From the NCBI GenBank assembly GCA_002306375.1, contig DBRU01000032.1:7103-71102 (forward strand): 64,000 bases of DNA. Direction: 5' to 3'. This DNA comes from Faecalibacterium sp. UBA1360 (GTDB taxonomy: Bacteria; Bacillota; Clostridia; Oscillospirales; Ruminococcaceae). Positions within the stretch are counted from its first letter, which is position 1; the number at the start of each line of letters is the position of its first letter. The notes beneath the pieces are model-generated. The model made no database searches. It saw nothing but the letters and a program-made list of their open reading frames with translations, and had not been told where the DNA came from. The position numbers and the translations under genes were made by a program. Positions 37,803 through 47,722 of the stretch are shown here, one piece after another.

Positions 37803-39671
37803 TTGCATTCTTCTCTTGAGGATCGCCCCAACAAACCCAAAAAAACCAAAAAGCATCGCGGTCCCAGCCGGTTTTCCCTTTGGCTGGACAAGATCCGCTG
37901 CCGGCGCACGGTGCGGTCCTGGCGGCGTCAGTCCCGCAAGCAATCCCGGCAGACCCGCATGGCCAGCCTGGTCCGCAGCATTCCTTATGCGGGGCTGATC
38001 GGCGAGGCTTTGTATCTGCTGGGATTCTGGTGCGAATACGCCCTGATCTGCGCCGGGCGCGCTGTGATCAGGACCGTGCGCGCCATTGTCATGCACGCGC
38101 TGCGACTTTTGCTGATCGTGGTGCGCCCCTTCCTGCTGGGCATCATCACGTTTCTTGAGGATCTGGCCGAACCGCTGTACCGCATGCAGTCGGGACTTCG
38201 CCATATGGGCGAATTGTCCGAAAACATGCCGGAAGAGGATACCCGCAGCATCCGCAAGGAAAAGGTCAAGTACTTTCGGCGCGGGGCACGGCGGTATTTT
38301 CCGCTGGTGCTCAACGCGTTGTCTTACTTACTGCCGGTGACGGCGGGGATCGTTCTTGTGTACGTGGTACGTACGGGGCTCGGGTTCAACTATATCCTCA
38401 ACGTTATGGTGGACGGCGAGTCGGTGGGCTATGTGGCCAGTGAACAGGTCTTTGAAAATGCCCGCGACGATGTGCAGAGCCGTATCGACACGGCCAAGGC
38501 CGTCATGCAGCTCAGCGGCGGCGATGCTTCGGCCGGCGACTGGGACATCACCCCCACCTATACGCTGGCCATCAGCGGCGAAGCTATGACCGAAAGCGAA
38601 GTCGCCAATGCCATCCTGCGCGCTTCCAGCGACGAGATCGGCGAAGGCACGGCCGTGTACATCGACGGGGAATTGCGGTACGTCATCAACGACGGCGATC
38701 ATCTGCGGGCTTTCCTGCAAAGCGTCAAGCAGCCCTACGTGGACACCACCGACCCCAACCGCCGGGTCAGCTTTGTACATGATATCACGCTGGTGGACGG
38801 CGTGTACCTGCTGGATTCCATCGTGCCGTATGCCGATGTCATCACCGAACTGCAAGGGGGCGGCGGCGTGCAGTATTATACCGCCTCCGAAGGCGAGACT
38901 GTGGAAAATGTCGTACTGACCACCGGCGTCAGCTGGGACAGCCTGGCTGCGCTCAACACCGACCTGACGTCCCTGGACCAGGAACTGACGGACGGCGAGA
39001 ACCTGATCATCGGTGTAGGGTCCCCCGAACTGCTCAAGGTCGAGGTGATCCGACGCGAGACCTATTCCACCGACATCGACTATGATACCATCGAGACTGA
39101 GAGCGACGAATACGACTTTGGCGAGACCGTGGTGGTCAGCCCCGGAGAAACGGGTATCCAGCGCATCACCCAGGATATCGTGTATGTGGACGGCGTTCAG
39201 ACCGAGATCAATACCGTCAAGGTGGAGGTCATCAAAGAGCCGGTGGCGGAGCAAGTGATCAAAGGTACCCGCCTCAAGAGCGGCATGACCGCCGCCTATG
39301 GGTCCGGCGAATGGATGTGGCCGGTGCCCGGGTATACCTATGTCAGCCGCTGGATGAGCTCGTACCACAAGGGCGCCGACATCTGCGCGCCTTATGGCAC
39401 GCCGATCTATGCCTCCGATTCCGGCGTCGTCACCACGGCCGGTTACCATTACAGCTACGGCAACTATGTGATCATCGACCACGGCAACGGCTGGCGCACA
39501 TTGTATGCGCATATGTCGGCGCTGGGATGCAGCGTGGGCCAGGCTGTGCAGCGGGGCGAAGTCATCGGGTATGTGGGTTCCACCGGCAACTCCACCGGCA
39601 ACCACTGCCATTTCGAAATGTACCAAAACGGCGTGCTTGTCAGCGCGCGCAACTTCTTCGGCGGGATGTAA
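37803..39671 (+). CDS. Membrane-anchored M23 peptidase with LysM-like and G5 domains
   Basis: HKGAD, YAH, HCHFE zinc ligands, G5-like segment, N-terminal TM region. Confidence 0.88.
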   Translation: MHSSLEDRPNKPKKTKKHRGPSRFSLWLDKIRCRRTVRSWRRQSRKQSRQTRMASLVRSIPYAGLIGEALYLLGFWCEYALICAGRAVIRTVRAIVMHALRLLLIVVRPFLLGIITFLEDLAEPLYRMQSGLRHMGELSENMPEEDTRSIRKEKVKYFRRGARRYFPLVLNALSYLLPVTAGIVLVYVVRTGLGFNYILNVMVDGESVGYVASEQVFENARDDVQSRIDTAKAVMQLSGGDASAGDWDITPTYTLAISGEAMTESEVANAILRASSDEIGEGTAVYIDGELRYVINDGDHLRAFLQSVKQPYVDTTDPNRRVSFVHDITLVDGVYLLDSIVPYADVITELQGGGGVQYYTASEGETVENVVLTTGVSWDSLAALNTDLTSLDQELTDGENLIIGVGSPELLKVEVIRRETYSTDIDYDTIETESDEYDFGETVVVSPGETGIQRITQDIVYVDGVQTEINTVKVEVIKEPVAEQVIKGTRLKSGMTAAYGSGEWMWPVPGYTYVSRWMSSYHKGADICAPYGTPIYASDSGVVTTAGYHYSYGNYVIIDHGNGWRTLYAHMSALGCSVGQAVQRGEVIGYVGSTGNSTGNHCHFEMYQNGVLVSARNFFGGM

Positions 39672-39856
39672 CGCCGTCACCTTGCCCAAAGATATTTTGC
39701 GCGACCCCGTGTTTTTTACAAAACCCTGCAAATAATAAGCCCGGCACTTTTCAAATTGAACGGCAAGGTGTATACTATAATCATCAATGTGGGTTTGTGC
39801 GGCCGTTTGTCCCTGGGCGCCGCGGCCCGCAGGCGTAACTCAAAGGAGAGTAACAC

Positions 39857-41140
39857 TTGGAAAAGTTTGTGATTCGCGGGGGCAATGCCCTGTCGGGCGA
39901 TGTGGTCATCGGCGGCGCCAAAAATGCGGCCGTGGCCATTCTGCCTGCCACCATTCTCGCGGCGGACAAATGCCTGATCGAAAACCTGCCCTGCATCAGC
40001 GACGTTATGGCGTCGCTGCAGATCCTCAGCGAACTGGGCGCAGGCATCCGCATGATCAGCAAAAACACCTACGAGATCGACACCACCCACATCGACTGCA
40101 CCGAGGTCTCCAACGAACTGTCGCGCCAGATGCGCGCAAGCTATTACTTCCTGGGCGCTTTGCTCGGCCGATTCGGCGCGGGCCAGGTCGCCATGCCCGG
40201 CGGCTGCAATCTGGGCCCCCGGCCCATCGATCAGCACCTCAAAGCGTTCTCTGCCCTGGGTGCGGAAGACTCGGTGGAATACGGCATGATCCGGGTGCGC
40301 TCGGAACACCTGACCGGCGGCCACGTGTTTTTTGACACGGTCTCGGTGGGGGCCACCATGAACGCCATGCTGGCCGCCGCCATGGCCGACGGCTTGACCA
40401 TCCTCGAAAACGTGGCCCGCGAACCCCACATCGTGGACCTGGCCAACTGCCTGAACATGATGGGCGCGGACATCCATGGCGCCGGCACCGACGTCATCAA
40501 GATCCGCGGCGTCAAAAAGATGCACGGGTGCAATTATTCCATCATCCCCGACCAGATCGAGGCCGGCAGCTACATGGTGGCGGCCGCCATCACCAAGGGG
40601 GATGTGATGCTGCACAACGTCATCCCCAAGCACATGGAACCCATCACGGCCAAGCTGCGGGCCGCCGGCTGCGAAGTGACCGAGTATGACGATTCCATGC
40701 GCATCACCCGCACCGGGCCCCTCAAGCCCCTCAAGATCAAGACCATGCCTCATCCCGGGTTCCCCACCGACATGCAGCCCCTGATGACCGTGTTGCTCAC
40801 TCTGGCCGAAGGTACGTCCATCGTTACCGAAGGCATCTGGGAAAACCGCTTCCGTTATGTGGACGAGCTCATCCGTATGGGGGCCAACGTGCAGGTGGAC
40901 GGGCAGGTGGCCGTCATCGAAGGCGTGAAGAAGCTCAGCCCCGCTCCGCTGCGGGCGCTGGACTTGCGCGCGGGCGCCGCCATGGTCATGGCCGCGCTGG
41001 CCGCCGACGGCGTCAGCGAGATCGACGAGACCGCCCACATCGAGCGCGGGTACGAAAACATCGTCGAAAAGCTGCAATCCCTGGGCGCCGACATCCGCCG
41101 CGTGGAAACGCCGGTCAACACGGTCACCCGTGCAATGTGA
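39857..41140 (+). CDS. murA: UDP-N-acetylglucosamine 1-carboxyvinyltransferase
   Basis: GAKNA, PGGCNLGPRPIDQH, GFPTDMQ, DLRAGA. Confidence 0.96.
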   Translation: MEKFVIRGGNALSGDVVIGGAKNAAVAILPATILAADKCLIENLPCISDVMASLQILSELGAGIRMISKNTYEIDTTHIDCTEVSNELSRQMRASYYFLGALLGRFGAGQVAMPGGCNLGPRPIDQHLKAFSALGAEDSVEYGMIRVRSEHLTGGHVFFDTVSVGATMNAMLAAAMADGLTILENVAREPHIVDLANCLNMMGADIHGAGTDVIKIRGVKKMHGCNYSIIPDQIEAGSYMVAAAITKGDVMLHNVIPKHMEPITAKLRAAGCEVTEYDDSMRITRTGPLKPLKIKTMPHPGFPTDMQPLMTVLLTLAEGTSIVTEGIWENRFRYVDELIRMGANVQVDGQVAVIEGVKKLSPAPLRALDLRAGAAMVMAALAADGVSEIDETAHIERGYENIVEKLQSLGADIRRVETPVNTVTRAM

Positions 41141-41154
41141 CAAGGGGCGTCCCG

Positions 41155-41958
41155 ATGGCACTGTTTACAACTTTATATTCCGGCTCGTCCGGCAACTGCG
41201 CCCTGGTCCTTGACCAGGGCCGTTATCTGCTCATCGATATGGGCAAAAGCTGCCGCACCACCTTGCGGGGGCTCAAATCCCTGGGCCTGGCCGTGTCCGA
41301 CTGCGAGGGCATTCTCATCACCCACGAGCACGCCGATCATGTGGCCGGGCTGGACACCTTCCTTAAAAATTACAGCGTGCCGGTGTTCGGCTGCGCCGAT
41401 ACCCTGGATATGCTGGATTCCCGGGGCACGCTGCCGCCGGCGGTGGACGCGGTGGCCATGGACGGCCGTGCCGAGCAGATCGGCGGCTTTACGGTGACTT
41501 CCTTTCCCACAAGCCACGACGTGCCCTGCTGCGGCTACCGCATCCGCACGCCGGACGGCAGCACCATGGCTCTGGCCACCGACCTGGGGGTGCTCACGCC
41601 GGTGGTGGCGTCGCATCTGGCCGGGTGCGACCTGGTGGCGCTGGAAGCCAACTACGACGCGTTCAGCCTGCGGGGCGGGCCGTACCCGTACTATCTCAAG
41701 GTCCGTATCGCCAGCGACCGGGGCCACCTGGACAACCGGGCCTGCGCCGCAGCCATCCTGGACCTGATCCAGGACGGGTGCAAAAAGTTTGCTTTGTGTC
41801 ATTTGAGCCAGACCAACAACACCCCCGAACTGGCTATGACCACCGTATACAACCTGTTGCTTTCCGCCGGGGTCATGCCCGGGCGGGATGTGCTGATCCA
41901 GGCTCAGAGCCGCAACGAGATCAGCCCCTACATAGAGTTTACGCCATGCAAAACATAG
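41155..41958 (+). CDS. MBL-fold metallohydrolase (YycJ/WalJ-like)
   Basis: SGSSGN, THEHADH, TDLG, EANYD, HLSQTNN. Confidence 0.88.
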   Translation: MALFTTLYSGSSGNCALVLDQGRYLLIDMGKSCRTTLRGLKSLGLAVSDCEGILITHEHADHVAGLDTFLKNYSVPVFGCADTLDMLDSRGTLPPAVDAVAMDGRAEQIGGFTVTSFPTSHDVPCCGYRIRTPDGSTMALATDLGVLTPVVASHLAGCDLVALEANYDAFSLRGGPYPYYLKVRIASDRGHLDNRACAAAILDLIQDGCKKFALCHLSQTNNTPELAMTTVYNLLLSAGVMPGRDVLIQAQSRNEISPYIEFTPCKT

Positions 41959-42431
41959 ACCTGATCTGTGTCGGCAAGCTCAACGCAAGCTATTTTGCGG
42001 CGGGTGTGGCCGAATACCAAAAGCGCCTGGGCGGATTTTGCCGCTTCCGCATCATCGAACTGCCCGAATCGCCGATGCCGGACAAAAATCCCGGCGACGC
42101 TCTGATCGCCAGGGCGCTGGAACGGGAAGGCGAGGCCATTCTGGCTTCGGCGCGCAAAGGGGCCTATCTTGTGGCCTTGTGCGTCGAGGGCAAGCAGATC
42201 TCCAGCGAGGAACTGGCCGAACTGATCGCTCGCCGTGCGGGCAGCGGGGCGGGGGACATGGCCTTCGTCATCGGGTCCTCCCACGGGCTGGCGCCTGCCG
42301 TCAAGGTGGCCGCGGCCGCGCGCATCTCGCTGGGGCGCATCACGCTGCCCCATCAGCTGGCCCGCCTGGTTTTGACCGAGCAGCTTTACCGCGCCTGTAC
42401 GATCAACGCCGGCATGAAATACCATAAGTAA
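41946..42431 (+). CDS. rlmH: 23S rRNA m3-pseudoU1915 methyltransferase
   Basis: VGKL, IGSSHGL, TLPHQLARLVLTEQLYRA, YHK end. Confidence 0.95.
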   Translation: MQNIDLICVGKLNASYFAAGVAEYQKRLGGFCRFRIIELPESPMPDKNPGDALIARALEREGEAILASARKGAYLVALCVEGKQISSEELAELIARRAGSGAGDMAFVIGSSHGLAPAVKVAAAARISLGRITLPHQLARLVLTEQLYRACTINAGMKYHK

Positions 42432-42438
42432 GCACCAA

Positions 42439-42486
42439 CAAAAAGGACCGTGCCTCCCAAAAACGGGAGACGCGGTCCTTTTTTGT
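42439..42486. terminator. Bidirectional terminator
   Basis: AAAAAGGACCGTG...CGCGGTCCTTTTTT between convergent genes. Confidence 0.8.
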
Positions 42487-42521
42487 TATGAAGATATCTC
42501 TTTGGGCAAAGGCCCCGGATA

Positions 42522-44045
42522 TCAGTATTTCAGCGCTTCGAGGTTTTCGCGGTAGGGGGTATCCAGCGGGTTAGACATGGGGGCCTGGGCCTTGTACTTG
42601 GCCAGCATGGCGGCGCTGCGGGCCGGGTCGGCCAGGGTGCCCGCGCCGGCGATGCAGCCGCCCGGGCAGGCCATGCCTTCCAGCAGGTAGCCGTTGTACT
42701 TGCCGGCCTTGGCCATCATCATCATCTTGCGGCAGTCGGCCAGGCCCTGGGCGGACATGACCTTGACTTCGCGGGTGGGATCCATCTTCTTGATGACGTT
42801 GACCACGGCCTGGGCCACGCCGCCCGACACCGCGAACCCGCGGGCGTCGCCGCTGGCTTCGTCAAAGTTGTCGTTGGGGTCGTCGGGCAGGGAATTGAAG
42901 TCGATCTCCTTGGCTTCGAACAAGCCCATCAGTTCCTCAAAGGTCAGAACAAAGTCCACCTCGCTGCGCACGGTGCGGCGGCTGGCTTCCAGCTTCTTGG
43001 CGGCGCAGGGGCCCACAAAGCAAATGCGGGCGTTCTTGTCGTCCTTCTTGATCAAACGGGCGGTCAGGACCATGGGGGTCATGGTCATGCTGATGCAGTC
43101 GGCGTAATCGGGGAACAGCTTCTTGGCCATAACGCTCCATGCCGGGCAGCAGGAGGTGCCCATGAAGGGATGCTTTTCAGGCACTTCTTCCATGAAGTCC
43201 TTGGCCTCGTCGATGGTGCACAGGTCGGCGCCGATGGCCACCTCCGAGATGCCGGCAAAGCCCAGCAGCTTCATGGCCTCGCGCAGCTTGGCGGGGGTCA
43301 TGCCCGGGAACTGGTTGACAAAGGCCGGGGCCACGATGGCAATGACGCGGTCGCCGCGTTTGATGGACTGGATCAGCTGAAAGATCTGGCTCTTGTCGGC
43401 AATGGCACCGAAGGGACAGTTGACCAGACACATGCCGCAGCTGACGCACTTGTTGTAGTCGATCTCGGCACGGCCGTACTTGTCGGAATGGATGGCGTCC
43501 ATGCCGCAGGCCTTGGCGCAGGGGCGTTCCACGCGCACGATGGCGTTGTAGGGGCAGGTGGCCACGCAGCGGCCGCACTTGATGCACAGGTTCTGGTCAA
43601 TGTGGCTCTTGCCGTTGCGGAAGGTGATGGCGTTTTTGGGGCAGACTTCCTGGCAGGGATGGGCCAGGCAGCCCTGGCAAAGAGGCGTGACCTTGATGAG
43701 CTTTTCGGGGCACTTGTTGCAGGCAAACTTGATGACGTTGATCAGCGGCGGCTCGTAGTACTTTTCCGCGATGACGCTCTCTTCCAGGCCCTCGCTGGCC
43801 GAAACGCTCTGGTCCAGCGGACGCAGGGACAGGCCCATCGCCAGGCGGATGCGCTCGGACACGATGGCTCTCTCCAAAAAGATGCTGCTGCGCATCGAGT
43901 TTTCCTCGCCGGGAATGATCTCGTAGGGCAGTTCATGCATCAGATACTCGAAGTCGCTCATGTCGTTGACTTCGTACGACATCCGGGCGACCTCGGTGAA
44001 CACCTTGCGCCGAATGTCGGTGACGGTGGTATAAATGCCTCTCAT
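42522..44045 (-). CDS. Monomeric [FeFe]-hydrogenase (group B-like) with ferredoxin-type F-clusters
   Basis: H-cluster motifs TSCCPAW, GPCAAKKLE and EGMACPGGCIAG; several CxxCxxCxxxCP; promoter TTGCCA-N17-TAGTAT at 44144-44172. Confidence 0.92.
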   Translation of the reverse strand: MRGIYTTVTDIRRKVFTEVARMSYEVNDMSDFEYLMHELPYEIIPGEENSMRSSIFLERAIVSERIRLAMGLSLRPLDQSVSASEGLEESVIAEKYYEPPLINVIKFACNKCPEKLIKVTPLCQGCLAHPCQEVCPKNAITFRNGKSHIDQNLCIKCGRCVATCPYNAIVRVERPCAKACGMDAIHSDKYGRAEIDYNKCVSCGMCLVNCPFGAIADKSQIFQLIQSIKRGDRVIAIVAPAFVNQFPGMTPAKLREAMKLLGFAGISEVAIGADLCTIDEAKDFMEEVPEKHPFMGTSCCPAWSVMAKKLFPDYADCISMTMTPMVLTARLIKKDDKNARICFVGPCAAKKLEASRRTVRSEVDFVLTFEELMGLFEAKEIDFNSLPDDPNDNFDEASGDARGFAVSGGVAQAVVNVIKKMDPTREVKVMSAQGLADCRKMMMMAKAGKYNGYLLEGMACPGGCIAGAGTLADPARSAAMLAKYKAQAPMSNPLDTPYRENLEALKY

Positions 44046-44203
44046 TGCGCTTTTCTCTCCTTAATACGCAGATTGGGGACGCTTTTACAGCCCGGAAGGT
44101 AACGGCCAACTCCGTTATTTTCTTCACATGCGTCTCCTATTTAATACTACCAAGAACCTGCCTGTTTGGCAAGGGGATAAACGGAAAAAGTATCCAAAAA
44201 GTG

Positions 44204-44238
44204 AAAAAAGGCGGCGCCGGTTCCCAGCGGGCGCCGCC
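44204..44238 (-). terminator. Orphan minus-strand intrinsic terminator
   Basis: GGCGGCGCC/GGCGCCGCC stem with T6 on the minus strand. Confidence 0.65.
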
Positions 44239-44373
44239 CGCTTCCACCGTGGACGCTGTCCGTGGCCGCCAAAATGTGGTATGTTTAAGGCGGCGAGTGT
44301 AACCTCCGCCGGGGAAAGGGTGCTTATAGGGGCAAAGAGCCTTTGTGCCACAAACGAAAAGGAGAGAAAAATC

Positions 44374-44934
44374 GTGGAGGATGCGAAGATCGTGGATCTG
44401 TATCTGCGGCGTGACGAGACGGCGATTGCCTGTACCGGCGAAAAATTCGGCCGCCGCCTGCGCAGTCTGGCGTACGGTATTGTGCAGGACCGTCAAACGG
44501 CCGAAGAATGCGAAAACGATACGTACCTGAAAGCCTGGAACTCCATCCCGCCCCATGAACCCCGGACCTATCTGTATGCTTTTCTGGCCCGCATTACCCG
44601 GCACATATCCCTGAATCGCTGCCGGGAACAGAATCGACTGAAACGGCGCGCGTATCTGTGCGAACTCACTGCCGAAATGGAAGAATGTATCCCTGCTCCT
44701 GACGACGTGGCCTGCCGAGCGGACGACCGGGCGTTGGGCGAGGCGATCAACGGCTTTCTTGGGACGCTGAGCGAAGAAAAGCGGAATATGTTTTTGCGGC
44801 GGTACTGGTATCTGGACCCGGTGGCCGAAATTGCCGGGCGCTTCGGCGCGTCGGAGAGCAAGGTCAAGACCACCCTGTACCGATGCCGTGCTCAGCTGCG
44901 CAAATACCTGGAAAAAGGGGGGTATGTGTTATGA
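44374..44934 (+). CDS. ECF RNA polymerase sigma factor
   Basis: AEECENDTYLKAWNSIPP (region 2), FLRRYWY...EIA...KVKTTLYR (region 4); GTG start after GGAGAG. Confidence 0.92.
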   Translation: MEDAKIVDLYLRRDETAIACTGEKFGRRLRSLAYGIVQDRQTAEECENDTYLKAWNSIPPHEPRTYLYAFLARITRHISLNRCREQNRLKRRAYLCELTAEMEECIPAPDDVACRADDRALGEAINGFLGTLSEEKRNMFLRRYWYLDPVAEIAGRFGASESKVKTTLYRCRAQLRKYLEKGGYVL

Positions 44935-46154
44935 GGGGCGGCGAACTTCTGGACAAGATGGAACTGGTGGAGGCTGCGTATGTAACGGCCGCCGATGCGG
45001 GTGGCAGGTCTTCCGGCAGACGGTGGGTGCGATGGGCCGCACTGGCGGCCTGCGTCGGACTTACCGTCTATGCGGGATACCGACTTTTCCCCGGTCGGGA
45101 CGGGGGTGAGTCATCGACGACGTCAGACCTGCCCATGCTCAGCGTGGCACCATCGGCCGGCGGCATGGGGTTTGAGGGCTATATGGCCCATGACGTTTCG
45201 GAACTGGTTAACGCCAATCCGTGGAACGAGGACGTGCAGCTTTCCACTCTTCCAGTATTTTCCAATCCCATTACCTATGACGAAGTCTATCATCTCCCTT
45301 CGGGCGTCGATCTGGAAAAAATGCGGGCGCTGCTTTTGGATGTGGCCGGGCGGCTGGGCCTTGATCCCGACGCCCTGACCGTCACAGATGACGCGCCCGG
45401 CAAAGAAGCCCGGGAACAGATGACGGAAAAGCTGAAGCTGGCCGGCATCGACTCCGTCCCGGACGGGTACTTTGACCCGACCTTGCTGAAAACGCAGGCG
45501 GAGGGCCTGGACATTGAGGTGGACGCGCACCTGTCGGCCAAGATCACCTTCGATCCCGCTGTGATCCTGCCGGAGGAATACACCTTTGCCCATGATGCCT
45601 CCTATGAGGAAATCTGTGCCGTGGCCGACTATCTGAAGAACGAATACGCCAGCCTCATCGGTATGCAGACCTCGCAGGCCGACGTGAGCGGGGGTGACTA
45701 TAACATTTATGGTCAGCAGAGCTATTCGGTGGCGTTTTTCGATGCGGCGGGAGACGAAACCGACCGCATCCTTGCCTACAACTTTGACCGGGTGCGGTTC
45801 GCTTGTGATGACGAAGGCAAACTCTTTGTGGCATGGGTCCAGCAGCCGGATTTGTCCCAAAAGGTGGGGGATTACCCGATCATCACCGCCCAACAGGCAG
45901 CCGAACTGCTGGAAGAAGGCCGATATATCACCACGGTGCCTTACGAAATGCCGGGTATGGAGTATGTCGAAAAGGTGGAACTTGTTTACCGCACAGGCTC
46001 GCAGGAAATGTATTTTATGCCCTATTACCGTTTTTACGTCGAGCTGCCCCAGGAAACAGAGGGCGACATGAACACCTACGGCGCATACTATGTGCCCGCC
46101 GTCTCGCCGGAATATATCTCGGATATGCCTGTCTGGGACGGCCGCTTTAATTGA
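44931..46154 (+). CDS. Putative anti-sigma factor (single TM, large extracytoplasmic domain)
   Basis: ATGA overlap with the sigma gene, RWVRWAALAAC TM after a short cytoplasmic N-terminus. Confidence 0.7.
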   Translation: MRGGELLDKMELVEAAYVTAADAGGRSSGRRWVRWAALAACVGLTVYAGYRLFPGRDGGESSTTSDLPMLSVAPSAGGMGFEGYMAHDVSELVNANPWNEDVQLSTLPVFSNPITYDEVYHLPSGVDLEKMRALLLDVAGRLGLDPDALTVTDDAPGKEAREQMTEKLKLAGIDSVPDGYFDPTLLKTQAEGLDIEVDAHLSAKITFDPAVILPEEYTFAHDASYEEICAVADYLKNEYASLIGMQTSQADVSGGDYNIYGQQSYSVAFFDAAGDETDRILAYNFDRVRFACDDEGKLFVAWVQQPDLSQKVGDYPIITAQQAAELLEEGRYITTVPYEMPGMEYVEKVELVYRTGSQEMYFMPYYRFYVELPQETEGDMNTYGAYYVPAVSPEYISDMPVWDGRFN

Positions 46155-46180
46155 GCCCGATCAAAGACCTTCATACAAAC

Positions 46181-46214
46181 CAAGAGAGGCATGGAATCTT
46201 CCATGCCTCTCTTG
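46181..46214. terminator. Long perfect inverted repeat between convergent genes
   Basis: CAAGAGAGGCATGGAA/TTCCATGCCTCTCTTG. Confidence 0.65.
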
Positions 46215-46251
46215 CGATTTTGCGGCCGTTTCCCGCCGGGGAAGGAAGTGG

Positions 46252-47559
46252 TCAGCCTTCACCGGCCAGGGTGGCCTTGGCGCGCTTGCCGTCCCATTGG
46301 CCCAGCACCACGCCGACGATGTCGCCGCTTTTGTGCCCGGGAGCGGTGACCGCCACCGGCAGGTATTGCCGGGTATACCCGGTGAACAGGGTGGCGGACA
46401 AGGGAGTTTCCAGCAGGACCTCGGCCCGGCGACCGCACATGGCGGCGGCTTCCTCGGCGCGCACTGCCTCCACGGCCCGGGTCATGCGGCGGCTTCGCTC
46501 CTCTTTTTCATGCTCGGGGATCTGGTCCGGGAAGTCGTAGGCCGCGGTGCCCGAACGGCGGGAATAGGGGAACACGTGCACCTTCAAAAATCGCTGGCTG
46601 CACACAAAGGCCATGCTCTGGGCAAAGTCCTCCTCGCTCTCGCCGGGGAACCCCACGATCACGTCGGTGGTCAGGCTCAGGTTTTCGGGGCCGAAAGCCT
46701 TACGCAGCTTGGCAACGATATCGGCATACTGCTCGGTGGTGTAGGGCCGGCGCATGGCCCGCAGGGTCTTGCTGCACCCGCTTTGCAGACTCAGGTGGAA
46801 CTGGGGGCACAGCTTGGGCACGGCGGCCAGGCGACGGATGTCCTCATCGGTGAGCATATCCGGGTCCAGGCTGCCCAGGCGGATGCGCTCGATGCCCGGC
46901 ACGGCGGCCGCGTGCTCCACCAGCTCGGCCAGGCAGGTGCCCGTGTCGGTGCCGTAGCTGGGCAGGCTGATGGCGGTCAGCACCACTTCCCGGTAGCCGG
47001 ATTCGGCCAGCCGGCGCAGCTCGTCCAGGATGCTCTCCTCGGCCCGGCTGCGCACGGGGCCCCGGGCGCGGGGGATCACACAATAGGCGCAGCGGCGGTT
47101 GCAGCCGTCCTCCACCTTGACAAAAGCCCGGGTATGCTCGGCGAAGCGGTCCATGGGCAGTTCTTCGAATTTTTCCCCTTTTTCGTGGGGGCGGATGTCC
47201 ACCACCCGCTCGGCGGCGCCCTGCAGCACGCTTTGCACGTGCTGCAAAATGGCGTGCCGGTTGCCTGACCCGGTCACGATGTCCGCCTCGGCAATGGCGG
47301 CGGCTTCCTCGGGGAAAGCCTGGGGGTAACACCCGGTCAGCACAGTGACGGCGCCGGGGTGCTCCCGCTTTTGCCGGCGCAGCCACTTGCGGCTTTTCTG
47401 GTCGCCGAAATTGGTCACCGTGCAGCTGTTGACGATGTAGACGTCGGCGGGTTCGTCGCTGTTCACCACCGTGTACCCGTTGGCGGCAAACAGTTGGGCC
47501 AATGCGCCGGTCTCGTTCTGGTTGACCTTGCACCCCAGGGTGTAAAAGCTGACACGCAT
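46252..47559 (-). CDS. mtaB: tRNA t6A37 methylthiotransferase
   Basis: TLGCKVNQNE, NSCTVT, GCNRRCAYC, HVFPYSRR. Confidence 0.93.
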   Translation of the reverse strand: MRVSFYTLGCKVNQNETGALAQLFAANGYTVVNSDEPADVYIVNSCTVTNFGDQKSRKWLRRQKREHPGAVTVLTGCYPQAFPEEAAAIAEADIVTGSGNRHAILQHVQSVLQGAAERVVDIRPHEKGEKFEELPMDRFAEHTRAFVKVEDGCNRRCAYCVIPRARGPVRSRAEESILDELRRLAESGYREVVLTAISLPSYGTDTGTCLAELVEHAAAVPGIERIRLGSLDPDMLTDEDIRRLAAVPKLCPQFHLSLQSGCSKTLRAMRRPYTTEQYADIVAKLRKAFGPENLSLTTDVIVGFPGESEEDFAQSMAFVCSQRFLKVHVFPYSRRSGTAAYDFPDQIPEHEKEERSRRMTRAVEAVRAEEAAAMCGRRAEVLLETPLSATLFTGYTRQYLPVAVTAPGHKSGDIVGVVLGQWDGKRAKATLAGEG

Positions 47560-47659
47560 AAATACAGTACCTTTCTGTGGGAAAATGGAGGGGCGGCCGT
47601 TGCGCCGCTCTTTTTTGTCACAGCCTATTATAACGGACCGGGGCCAAAAGCACAAGCGG

Positions 47660-47688
47660 CCATATTCCGCCGCCCTGGCGCATAGGAT
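47660..47688 (+). promoter_or_regulatory. sigma-E-type sporulation promoter
   Basis: CCATATT-N14-CATAGGAT resembles the sigma-E consensus. Confidence 0.6.
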
Positions 47689-47722
47689 GTGGCAAGAGTT
47701 TTACAAAGGGGAGGCATTTTTC

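Noticed and set aside
42400..42521. rlmH 3' end as an occupied integration site (SCC-like)
   Set aside because: Only a terminator and the convergent hydrogenase follow; there is no recombinase or duplicated att sequence.
42522..44045. GPC in place of MPC in H-cluster motif 2 as a sign of an inactive or novel hydrogenase
   Set aside because: This variant is common in group B gut-clostridial enzymes, and the proton-transfer Cys (TSCCP) is retained.
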